A stretch of 64,000 bases of DNA from Daphnia carinata (lineage: Eukaryota), in NCBI RefSeq assembly GCF_022539665.2, contig NC_081331.1, forward strand, positions 9,486,001 to 9,550,000, given 5' to 3'. The notes under the pieces were generated by a model. It was not told the DNA's origin. It made no database searches and worked only from the letters and a program-made list of their open reading frames with translations. Both the position numbers and the translations under genes were made by a program. Of the stretch, positions 1 through 11,563 are shown one piece after another; the stretch's first letter is position 1; the number at the start of each line of letters is the position of its first letter.

Positions 1-169
1 GGATTAAATTTCCGCGGATGTTTGTATCCTTTCCTGCAGTCACCATCGTCGAAATAACGTTGTTTGCGCAGTTAGTAAGTCAGGTAACCGGAGTAGCATT
101 TATTTTAGTCGTTGTTATTTTACCTGACTCAAGATTCTTTACTTCGATATTGTGCTCCCTTTTCGGCAT
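1..169 (-). CDS. Possible 5' end of an unidentified spliced gene running off the left edge (MPKREHNIEVKNLESG/KDTNIRGNLI...)
   Basis: ATG at 169 with an upstream in-frame stop, a GT..AG intron of about 90 nt (gtaaaa...ctgcag, ~123-35) and an open frame after splicing. No recognisable homology. Confidence 0.3.
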
Positions 170-551
170 CTTGCACGCAACTCAGGGAGAGATGTTTCGT
201 TATTCCAATTTTCATTTTTCGAAGTTGCCTTGGTGACGATTCGTACCCAAGATGCATTGTTTGCGCGCAACAAGAAATTTGCCACAGTACGCTATAAGAT
301 CGACAACTGGATGCTGCCAAAAAAGACTTTAGTTGGTAACTGTTGGTAAGCACACACAAGCTCTTGCGCGTCTGTCAGCGAACGTGAGGGTTCTTGGGAA
401 AAATCGGATACAGTTGATCCAGAAGTTTTTTGAGGCTACCACCGACATCGAACAAAAAACAAATTCAATTTTGTTGTTGGATTTGACCGTGTAACAGAAA
501 ATAGGACATTAGCATATTGATTTTACTCCTATTATTTTCTGTTTGGTTACA

Positions 552-2132
552 ATGGCCAGCTACAACTGGACGGCAGAGTGGCTAGTCCCCAGTCATCATT
601 TGTCTTCACTAAGGAAGTGTTTGATCTGGTTAGAAATGTCTGCGGGTGCTATTGCTGTAGCGGCTTTTGCAATCAACAGTTTTGTGATGGCTTCATCCAA
701 AGTATGCAACGCATCCTGTCGTGGTTATTTTTTCGGACTTTTGAATTTGGCATTTGCTCAGTGTCTCCTTTCATTGATCAGCCTTGCTGGAGTGATTTAT
801 TCCCTGTGGTTGTTGGACTACAATGAGTCATTATCGACGCACAAAGATGGACGGTGGTGCTCTGTTTTGCACAACATTATTCATGCAATCCACTTATTGT
901 CTATGCCCGGAACGGCAGCCCTCTCACTCTCGCATTGGTGGACGTTAAACATCTCGGCTAATCATGCAGAAATGGCAACGGATTTTCGGATAGTTAAAAT
1001 GTTGTTTTGTGCATTTTGGTTTCTGACTTTTCTGTTTGCTATGTGGCTGAATTTTCTTATTGTATTTTGGGGGGCAGGGTTAACCACAACGATGGCTGAA
1101 AACGACAAAAGGACAATTCAACCATGTCTACGAATATATTCCTTGACGCTCGTTACATCTACTTGTCTGCTCTTTTTTTCTAACCTTAGTTCTGTCCCAC
1201 CTGTAACTGGCCATCTTACTACCAGAGCAATTCAAAATAATCATCAAAAAGATTGTCAGGATGCCGATTGTTTTTGTTCGGACAGTAGCGATTATGGCAC
1301 ACCCTCCAAAACGTTTCCCAGTATTAGTTTACAACCAGTTTCGCAACCACCAAAAACATTACATGAACGCTGTATAAAAGCCATTATGATTCCGACAATT
1401 GTCACCATTGACGATAACGATCATGTAGCTGAAAGTGAGACAAAATCATCGATCAACAGCAACGAATTGATTCACCCCGATCACGAGAACAATCTACAGC
1501 CCTGCATATCCGAACAGAATCAAGATTTTTTATCTAGTCAGTTTACCAAAGTGATCCTATCTTCACCAGCATCATCTGCTTGTTGCGTAAGCATTTACTC
1601 TGCTGATGTTTCCACCAATTCAGTCAAGGGCTCAACAGCTGACAACAAATTGTCCGCTGAAAAGTTGCATCATCGGTTACAGCAGCTAAACAATGCTCGC
1701 ATGGCGTTTTTGCCTGATCCAGATTCAAGATCGCAGTCACAGTCTTCACATGCTCATTCGAGACGTGAATCCAACTCCAAAAGGCGTCCAAAGAAAAAAC
1801 GGAAACAAGTAAAAAATTACAAGGGACTAAAACAAATTCAATGGGAAAATCCGACAAGTGTACAAATTACAATAATGCTGTCTTTTGTGATTTTCTACTT
1901 TCCTCCGTGGTTCCTACTCGTGGCTGGCATTTATATACCTCAATATGCGACTATGTTCTTGTCAATTTTTCGACTACTCGTTAATGTGGGAAGCAGCCTC
2001 AACCCAGTTTTACAAGGTTTTCGACATCCTCGCTTTGCACTCAAAATGGTGCGAACTTGGCGCAAAATCTATCCTTCGAGCGTAAATATTTCGAATGATT
2101 CCCCATTTGATACTGAACTGGCGACCAAGTAG
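552..2132 (+). CDS. Intronless orphan rhodopsin-like (class A) 7TM receptor with long third intracellular loop
   Basis: 526-aa ORF from ATG 552. Five hydrophobic segments, a ~220-aa polar Ser-rich loop, then two more. Cys at the top of TM3 (RWCSV) and in ECL2 (QPCL); TM7 SSLNPVLQG followed by helix-8-like FRHPRF. Confidence 0.7.
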   Translation: MASYNWTAEWLVPSHHLSSLRKCLIWLEMSAGAIAVAAFAINSFVMASSKVCNASCRGYFFGLLNLAFAQCLLSLISLAGVIYSLWLLDYNESLSTHKDGRWCSVLHNIIHAIHLLSMPGTAALSLSHWWTLNISANHAEMATDFRIVKMLFCAFWFLTFLFAMWLNFLIVFWGAGLTTTMAENDKRTIQPCLRIYSLTLVTSTCLLFFSNLSSVPPVTGHLTTRAIQNNHQKDCQDADCFCSDSSDYGTPSKTFPSISLQPVSQPPKTLHERCIKAIMIPTIVTIDDNDHVAESETKSSINSNELIHPDHENNLQPCISEQNQDFLSSQFTKVILSSPASSACCVSIYSADVSTNSVKGSTADNKLSAEKLHHRLQQLNNARMAFLPDPDSRSQSQSSHAHSRRESNSKRRPKKKRKQVKNYKGLKQIQWENPTSVQITIMLSFVIFYFPPWFLLVAGIYIPQYATMFLSIFRLLVNVGSSLNPVLQGFRHPRFALKMVRTWRKIYPSSVNISNDSPFDTELATK

Positions 2133-2585
2133 AGCACCAAACTTGGAGTTAACATGGGAATGCTTTCTTGTTATAGGATAGGTTGTATATATAGGAAACC
2201 TATAACAAAACTTGAATTTTTCTATAGAGTACCTAAACTCATGAAACATGAGTCATTTCCTTGCTAAAGGAATCATGGAAACTATTAACAAACATTAAGA
2301 AATAATAAAAATTAATAAATAAAGAAGTCAGAAACTCATTTTGGTAACTGCTACTTGAATATACCAAATACACTTATGTTGAAAAAAGCCTGGATTTCAT
2401 TGACCTCACCAAGAAAATATTGGCTGGGCTCGACTCTTCTTTGCATCACTGTTAATGCTTGATGTTCATAAACAAATGTTTTCATAACTTAGTTCACCAT
2501 AACGTAGCTCGATTGAGTAACCCATTTTTCACTTTTTGACTTGTATTGAAAGGATTCACGATGTTACTCGGTTTCGTAGCGTGCC

Positions 2586-3481
<896 letters not shown>

Positions 3482-3600
3482 CTTGTAGTCTAGATCAAAT
3501 GATAAAAACAATATATTGAAACGATATTTGCATCAATTTTTCATTATAATGCAATTATTATCTGGATGTTGGACGATAAATTCCAATAAAAACGACTTAC

Positions 3601-3662
3601 TTGATGTTTCACGTGACGCGTAGAACTTGCTAGGACGGCAGACGAAAACGACGAAAAGAAAG
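3601..3662 (-). promoter_or_regulatory. Non-coding first exon of NACA beginning with a pyrimidine tract (TCT/5'TOP-like start)
   Basis: Donor GTAAGT at 3600 and acceptor just upstream of the ATG. The minus strand reads CTTTCTTTTCGTCGTTTTCG at 3662-3643, typical of translation-machinery gene starts. TSS is inferred. Confidence 0.55.
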
Positions 3663-4593
3663 CTATTTGGGGAGGGAGGAGTCTAAAAGAAAAATTCTGT
3701 CGCTACGAAACGAAATAGAACGTAGCCCTCTCCGACACTTGAACATGTGGCTCCACAGTAAAGCAGTGGCACTTGAACACACCTTGATATTCAAATAACC
3801 GTACTGAGATGTCACGGAGATCGAAGTTTCTTTGTGTTTCGTATAACCTCCAAATACTTTGTGTTGAAATTCCTCTAATTTTCACCCAACCGGAGCTATT
3901 CTATAAACGAATTTCATCTACACGTTCTGGTAGTTTACTAAAAAGCTTTGTTTAAAGTTTGGCGAACATCGGCTAAGGCTAAGGCTTGCCTTAAATGAAA
4001 TGATCTGCATGTGTGTGCAGTTGCTGTTCCAATCATTTCCATATGTAGCTTCGGTGTTGTTAGATGTATTATAAAATTCAATAATATCTTGAGATGTCTA
4101 CTGACATGTAACAACAAAGTGGAAGTAATTTGTGTTTACCAATGTTATTGATAAGGATTGTGCCAGAGCTTATGGGAGATTTGAGGTCTATTCTGAAGTC
4201 TGTTAAAGGCTATCATTAAAAAAAGTAGAAATCAGTTGCAATTTTCCTCTTGGTAGTAAAAGCTACTGTGCAACAGACAAGCATTTAAACAAAAAAAAAT
4301 AATGTAAAGTAGTCGAAGACGTTTAAAAAAAATGAAGAGTTTCCTGGACGAAGTAGACTGCTGCTTTACCTTTGGCGTTCCTCTTCAACGAGACCATCTG
4401 CACGTACTCGATTCGTTTGGGCTTCGCTTTGACTAGAGATTGTATTTTTGCTAGATTGCAAATCACCTGAAAAAGGGACTGTAAGAGCATTAAAACGGTT
4501 GTGGTTTTTCATACTGACTAACAAACTGCGCGAGATGAAACAAACAACGGGGGTACTGTGGCACCGTCTAGCGCGCCTTCCTTAAATCACCAA

Positions 4594-5029
4594 TCAGTAC
4601 GTGATTGTTCAATCAAATGGTAGATTGCAATATTGGCACGTCCATTGAGTCAGAAATTGCCTTCGTAGCTTGAAATTTAAAATTAGGGGATTCTGGGTAG
4701 GGAGTTACCTTTACAGTTTACAATATGAAGTGCTCTCATCCAGGCATTTTGTTAGTTTAATAATTCTTTTCAATTACTGTGTAGTTTTTTAGTAAAAGTA
4801 TCGACCAATAAGTAAATGTATTGATGTCAAGTATAATTCAAGAATACAGCAGAAGATATCGTTTTGAAGAGCTTTAAGGCTTTAACCCTTAATAGGTTCA
4901 TTTACTCATCAACATATGAAGATCGTCAAACTGCTAAAGTTGTTTTTTAATCCAGCCAACAAAATACGAGATTCTAGTGTAAACTCCGGGGAAATCGGGT
5001 TCTGCGCATTCTGTTGTATAGGGCAACAT
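4594..5029 (-). repeat. Left arm of ~430-bp inverted duplication (partner 5695-6124)
   Basis: Reverse complement aligns colinearly with 5695-6124, e.g. tcttcaaaacgatatcttctgctgtattcttgaattatacttgacatc and cagtttgacgatcttcatatgttgatgagtaaatgaaccta shared. Confidence 0.95.
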
Positions 5030-5567
5030 TTTATAAAAGCTAAAGTGAAAACGATTTTCTCTCGAGATTTACCTATTCCGCAGCTTACTATGCCAATTGA
5101 AATCCATATGACACCTGTCTTGTCTTGAACTAGGAATGATCTCCGCTGTCAACATGCATTGCATGTCAATGGAAAGCTAAAGCATATAACTTGGTAAGTC
5201 TGCGTATTGTTTCCGGTTTTATGAGGGCGTTTTCCTACCGTGCAAGTGCCTTTTCTTGGGTAAAAGGCACAGATCATATGGTCGGCAATTCCACTGGCTA
5301 CCACGCCATCGAATCCGCTTCTGCACTCGACATTAGTAAATGTTTAGTAATTGTTCGAGTTCCACCTCAAAAACGATTTGTCGTGTAAATTCTGCCTCAC
5401 GCTCGACATCACATTGTTGAGTTAAACTAGATTATCCCCAACGTCGGGTCGATGTCCGAATGTGTGTTGGTCAAAGGAGCTAATTGGCGGCAGGCAAATC
5501 GGAGAAATAGTGTGCGTAGCCTAAACACCACAGATGAATCCAGTGTCAAAAGAGCAATGTCGTTGTA
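4934..5567 (-). pseudogene. Truncated trypsin-like serine protease pseudogene (3' half only)
   Basis: Fragments YNDIALLTLDSSV, HTISPICLPP, GIADHMICAFYPRKGTCT, DSG(frameshift)SFLVQ..IGIVSCGIG, CAEPDFPGVYTRISYFVGWIKK. Frameshifts, a decayed acceptor before the GDSGG exon, and no His57 or 5' exons. Confidence 0.88.
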
Positions 5568-5694
5568 CTAAACGATTGCAACGTTCACGAGAAAGAAGTC
5601 AAACAAAAAGAAAAATCTACCATTTCCAAGTACAGGAAAACAGTAATGCTGTTATTTAAATTTAAAGTCTATACATTCTTGCATAATTTTACGT

Positions 5695-6124
5695 ATGTTA
5701 CCGTCTACTACAGGATGCGCAAAACCGATTTCCCCGGAGTTTACACCAGAATCTCGTTTTTTGTTGACTGGATTAAAAAAACAAATTCAGCAGTTTGACG
5801 ATCTTCATATGTTGATGAGTAAATGAACCTATAAAGGGTTAAAGCCCTCTTCAAAACGATATCTTCTGCTGTATTCTTGAATTATACTTGACATCCATGC
5901 ATTTACTTATTAAATGATACTTTTAACAGAAAACTACATGGTAATTAAAAAGATTTATTAAACTAACACCATGGCTGGATGAGCGCACTTCATATTGTAA
6001 ACTGTAAAGGTAACTCTCTACCCACAATCCCCTTATTTGAAATTTCAAGCTACGACAGCAATTCCTGATTCAAATGACGTGTCAATATCGCAATCTAACA
6101 TTTGATTGGACTATCACGTACTGA
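5695..6124 (+). repeat. Right arm of inverted duplication (partner 4594-5029)
   Basis: Colinear reverse-complement match to 4594-5029 with scattered substitutions and small indels. Confidence 0.95.
5714..5798 (+). pseudogene. Isolated terminal exon of a trypsin-like protease
   Basis: Acceptor tactacag, then GCAK(1-nt deletion)DFPGVYTRISFFVDWIKKTNSAV*. No upstream exons on this strand. Confidence 0.85.
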
Positions 6125-6480
6125 CATATCATGTTGCGCCCAACGCCATGGTAGTTATAATTAGCTTAATTGTGTCGTCCTGGCCCATTTCCATGTTTTT
6201 AAACCAGTGCTCTTATGATATTGAAATATGCATAGCTATCATATTGTAAACTGTAATGGTAACTCTCTACCCACAATCCCCTGATTTGAAATTTCAAGCT
6301 ACGACAGCACTTTCTGACTCAATTGACGTGTCAATATCGCAATCCCTCATTTGATTAAACTTTCACGTACTGACATATAATGTTGCGGCCAGCGTAATGG
6401 TACTTACAATCAGCTTAGTTGTTCCGTCCTGGCCCATTTCCCAGTTTTTAAACAAGTGATTTTATTTATTGAAATATGCA
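5991..6480 (+). repeat. Tandem direct repeat, two diverged copies of ~249 bp
   Basis: Units start at 5991 and 6240 (catattgtaaactgtaa.ggtaactctctacccacaatccc) and both end near ttgaaatatgca. The first half of the unit also occurs inverted at ~4594-4726. Confidence 0.93.
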
Positions 6481-7443
6481 GGATTTTCATAAGGTTAGGA
6501 AGTGGGAATGAAAGTATTTACTAACTTATTAGAGATACAGTAGCCTATATGCAGTTAACAATTGCAACGTATTCCACAATGCAATTTTAGCCACACTGCC
6601 TGAAATAGGGTTTTCCAAAATTCCATGCTCTCGTTTTATGCGGTGTCGATAGCAGAATCTTTTATGGGGCTGTTTTTCATTAAGAGCAAAGAGATATGAA
6701 AAATACCATCTTATTATTAGATCACGTTTTCGACGTTTACGTGTTAGCCCATACAATTACACTAAACTATCTTTACTTGTTTAATAAAGGCAACCTTTCA
6801 CCGCATGCTTTTGCATTGGTAGATAGTTTATACTTATAGGGAGAAATTAGTGAAGTACACTGCCTAATTAGTACGTGTTGCTGCGCCAGCATAGCTTAGG
6901 GTCGCTAGCTGAGAATAGGTTGGATGTTAGGGAGAAAAATTGATGGAAACCAGGTTATAGAACCGGGTTTCGATTTTTCGTTAGCCACGTAAAATCGGAT
7001 ACTGTAGGTAGAGGGCAGAACACAAAATAAAGGTTACCCCCGGATCCTAGTCGTAAGACGAGAGCTACTCGTGCGCCCCAAATACCTACCTATTGGACAT
7101 GGGAACGAGACCTACTTCGAATCGATGTACGAAAATTCTCCGTTTGTTGATATCTTTTGGTATATTTTTTAAAACGTGCAAGTGTGAACCATAATTTCTA
7201 CAGGCGTGTAGACAACTAGGCAGGCACTACATAACAGTTAGCTTGTTTGGCATGAAAACGAAATTGGAAAAGAGGGAAAAAAAGAGAAAAAAAATGGAAT
7301 TGTTTCATCCGACTGGCAACGTAGCCTCGGACAACGAGGATAATCGTAGGCATTCGTTTTTCGTCGGCTTTTTACGTGTTCACAGTCGTTTGTTGTGGTG
7401 TAGTTTTTGTAAATGATTTGATGGTAAACCGCTAAACATTACC

Positions 7444-10400
7444 ATGGATGAACTAGAGAAACTCGAGCATCTATCCCTGGTTTCAAAGGTTTGTACGGAA
7501 TTAGAAAACCATTTGGGGCTCAATGATAAGGATCTAGCCGAATTCATTATCGCCTTGGCCGAAAAACATAAAACGTTTGATGAATTCAAAGCTGTGATGA
7601 TTGAGAATGGTGCAGAATTCTCCGATTCACTTATTGCAAATCTCCTTCGGCTCATCAAGCACATGAAATCAGCAAATTCCAAAACAACTGATGTGAATTT
7701 AGCTGAAGTAAAAAAAACAGTCTTTAGTGCAGAGGTGGAGAAAAAACGTGGACTTTTTCCAGGTCTCGCCCTGGCAGATAATCCTAAAGCAAGAACCATG
7801 CTGGAAGAAGATATTAAACCAACCATAAAAGATGTTGAAGAAGCAGATGATTTAATGGCTGAACTGGAAGCTATGGCTCCAAAGGAAGAAAAGGTTTCTT
7901 CTGAGACACTCAAGCCAAGCCATGACATCGGAAGAAGGTCTCTCAGCAGAGACAGAAAAGAAAGAAGTAAGCGCTCTAGGAGCAAAGATCGCAGCAGGAA
8001 ATCAAGAAGTAGGGATCGTAGCAGAAGATCTAAAAGCAGAGATCACAGCAGAAGATCCAGAAGCAGAGATCGAAGCAGGAGATCTAGAAGCAGGGACCGT
8101 AGCAGAAGGTCTAGAAGTAGAAATCGAAGCCACAGATCCAGGAGCAAAGATGGAGGAGACAGGCACAGGCGAAGCGATCGTTTTGAGGATAAAAGAGGCA
8201 AAGATGACCGAAGAGAAAAGAAACCTCAAAAAGATTTCCCGGAGAACGCAGAAGTGGGAAAAGTCTACACAGGAAAAGTCATGAATCTTGCAGCGTTTGG
8301 ATGCTTTGTGCAGCTGGAAGGAATCAGGAAAAAATGTGAAGGTCTTGTGCATATCTCCCAGTTACGGCGAGAGGGTCGTGTAAATAGTGTGGCGGAAGTT
8401 GTCAATCGAGGAGATAAAGTTTATGTCAAAGTTATGAGCATTGCTGGCCAAAAAATTTCTCTTTCAATGAAAGATGTGGACCAAGATTCGGGTGAAGATT
8501 TGAACCCAGCCCCTTCGACATCAAGCCGTCCTGGGCTGACAAGCCACGAAAGTGAAACAGCTCTGAGAAATCCAGATCGGCCTTTATCTTTATTGGATTT
8601 GAAAACTAACGTGGAGGAGGATGAGTTGACGAATCGTAAGCGTGTGCAGCGGATCTCGTCGCCCGAGCGATGGGAACTGAAACAAATGATGGCGGCCAAT
8701 TGTATTGACAAGATGGATTTGCCCGAATTCGACGAGGAGACGGGTCTACTACCCAAACTGGCCGAGGATGAGGAGGATATCGAAATCGAGTTAGTGGAAG
8801 AAGAAGCACCCTTCCTACGTGGTCACGGTCGAGTGCTTAACGAGCTTAGTCCAGTTCGGATTGTCAAGAATCCGGACGGCTCTTTGGCACAAGCCGCTAT
8901 GATGCAAGGCGCCCTCAGCAAAGAGCGTCGCGAACAGAAGATGCTACTTAGGGAAGAGCAAGAGGCAGCAGACGCACCAGCTCAGGGCGCCAATAAGAGC
9001 TGGATCGATCCCATGCCCGATGCCGGATCTCAGCCTTCGACATCGTTGGGTCGCGGAACGGGTGCCCCCACGTATGATATGCCCGAGTGGAAGAAACATA
9101 TCACAGGTGGTCCGAAAGGAGCATCGTTCGGCAAGAAAACAAGCCTTTCAATTGTGGAGCAACGCCAGTCGCTACCTATCTACAAACTGAGAGACGAGCT
9201 AATCAAAGCCGTCAGTGACAACCAAATTCTGATTGTTATCGGAGAGACGGGGTCTGGCAAAACTACCCAAATCACTCAGTATCTATCCGAATCTGGTTTC
9301 ACTGCCCGTGGAAAGATCGGCTGTACGCAACCACGTCGTGTGGCCGCCATGTCTGTCGCCAAAAGAGTAGCTGAAGAGTTTGGTTGCCGCCTGGGGCAGG
9401 AAGTCGGATACACTATCCGTTTCGAAGATTGCACCAGCCCCGAGACATTAATTAAGTACATGACGGACGGTATGTTGCTGCGTGAATGCTTGATCGATCC
9501 CGATCTTCAGACCTATTCGTGCATTATGTTGGATGAAGCCCACGAGCGCACCATTCACACCGACGTCCTCTTTGGTCTACTGAAACAAGCCGTACAAAAG
9601 AGAGCCGAACTGAAACTAATTGTCACTTCAGCCACATTGGATGCCGTCAAATTTTCTCAGTACTTTTTCGAGGCGCCCATCTTCACTATTCCCGGTCGAA
9701 CCTTTCCGGTCGAGATCCTGTATACTCGAGAACCCGAGACTGATTACTTGGACGCATCACTCATTACTGTCATGCAGATTCACCTTAATGAGCCACCAGG
9801 CGATATTCTGCTTTTCTTGACGGGTCAAGAAGAGATCGACACTGCTTGCGAGATTCTCTACGAGCGCATGAAGTCCATGGGTCCTGACGTACCGGAGCTC
9901 ATTATTCTTCCAGTCTATTCAGCCCTCCCGTCCGAAATGCAAACTCGAATTTTCGAGCCCGCTCCACCCGGTTCAAGAAAAGTCGTCATCGCCACCAACA
10001 TTGCCGAGACCAGCCTTACTATCGACGGCATCTACTACGTCGTCGATCCAGGTTTCGTCAAGCAAAAGGTCTACAATTCCAAGACGGGCATGGACTCTTT
10101 GGTAGTGACACCCATCTCACAAGCGCAAGCCAAACAGCGAGCTGGACGAGCCGGACGTACTGGGCCTGGAAAGACCTACCGCTTGTATACAGAGAGAGCT
10201 TACCGTGATGAAATGCTCGCCACCCCTGTTCCTGAAATTCAGCGTACTAATCTTGCCTCCACCGTCTTGCAACTCAAAGCCATGGGCATCAACGACCTGC
10301 TCAATTTCGATTTCATGGACGCTCCCCCGGTAGAATCGCTAATCATGGCTCTTGAACAGCTCCATTCTCTCTCTGCCTTGGATGACGAAGGATTACTCAC

Positions 10401-11299
10401 CCGTCTGGGTCGACGTATGGCTGAGTTTCCTCTCGAACCTTCACTTTCCAAGATGCTCATCATGTCTGTTCACCTGGTAAGGACATTTAAACAAGAGTAA
10501 CCATGACTATTATAGTTGACTGTTTTTATTATTATTCATTTCTGTGTTTTTAGATGTGTTCTGATGAAATTTTGACAGTGGTGTCAATGTTGTCAGTTCA
10601 GAATGTTTTCTACCGACCCAAAGATAAGCAGCAATTAGCAGACCAGAAAAAAGCCAAGTTCAATCAAGCTGAAGGAGATCACATCACCTTACTGGCTGTG
10701 TACAATTCTTGGAAAAATAATAAGTTCAGCAGTGCTTGGTGTTACGAGAATTTCGTGCAGATGCGTACCCTTAAACGAGCGCAGGATGTACGTAAACAGC
10801 TTTTGGGTATCATGGATCGGTATGTATAACCTTATAAATAAATAATATTGCGATATAATCTTAAAAGTGTTTCATGTTTATCATTTAAAACAGGCACAAA
10901 TTGGATGTAGTATCTGCAGGCAAAAATACGGCTAGAGTTCAAAAAGCCATATGTTCCGGCTTCTTCCGTAACGCAGCAAAGAAAGACCCACAGGAAGGCT
11001 ATCGGACGCTGGTGGACGGCCAAGTAGTCTACATTCACCCGAGCAGCGCAATCTTTAACCGACAACCCGAGTGGGTCGTCTACCACGAGTTGGTTCAGAC
11101 TACGAAAGAGTACATGCGCGAAGTGACCGTCATCGATGCCAAATGGTTGGTGGAATTTGCGCCGGCCTTTTTCAAATTCTCCGACCCGACCAAGCTCAGC
11201 AAAGTCAAGAGGAATCAACGTCTCGAGCCGCTCTACAACAAATACGAAGAGCCCAATTCTTGGCGTATTTCCAGGCAGCGGCGTCTTCGACGAAACTAA
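7444..11299 (+). CDS. DHX8: Pre-mRNA splicing factor ATP-dependent RNA helicase DHX8/Prp22 (1234 aa)
   Basis: Exons 7444-10476, 10554-10819, 10894-11299. N-terminal [18 protein letters not shown] region, S1 domain, [24 protein letters not shown]-terminal [17 protein letters not shown]. Confidence 0.99.
7970..8147 (+). repeat. Coding ~27-nt tandem repeat (SRSRDRSRR) forming the DHX8 RS domain
   Basis: About six degenerate 9-aa units in the translation. Confidence 0.85.
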
Positions 11300-11430
11300 C
11301 ATTTTTAACAATTTACAAATGTCGACTGTCATTCGGGGGGAATTATTCCTCGTTTTGTATGCATTACGATTCGTTCCATACACAACTGATTTAATGATAA
11401 ACTGGCAACGCAGTACTTTGTTATTTATTT

Positions 11431-11444
11431 GTAGCCCCGGCAAC
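11431..11444 (+). promoter_or_regulatory. RFX X-box upstream of DRC2-like gene
   Basis: GTAGCCCCGGCAAC fits GTNRCC-N(0-3)-RGYAAC and lies 120 nt before the ATG of a ciliary gene. Confidence 0.65.
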
Positions 11445-11563
11445 GACAAACTTGCCGAATCAATGTCAGTTATATCCCAGTCCTGTTTGTAGTGCTTTTG
11501 TCAAAAAGCACAGTGGTAGAAACGTGACGTTGTAAAAACTCGTTTAAAAGTAGAAAGAAAGCA

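Noticed and set aside
4370..4467. Possible orphan minus-strand exon (ttttcag...gtaaag) with two open frames
   Set aside because: No partner exons or recognisable protein; splice-like motifs arise by chance.
6946..6971. Small hairpin gaaaccaggtt-atag-aaccgggtttc
   Set aside because: Short single imperfect stem with no supporting context.
7380..11449. Long antisense and alternate-frame ORFs over DHX8
   Set aside because: Shadows of a long coding exon and its RS repeat; no independent motifs.
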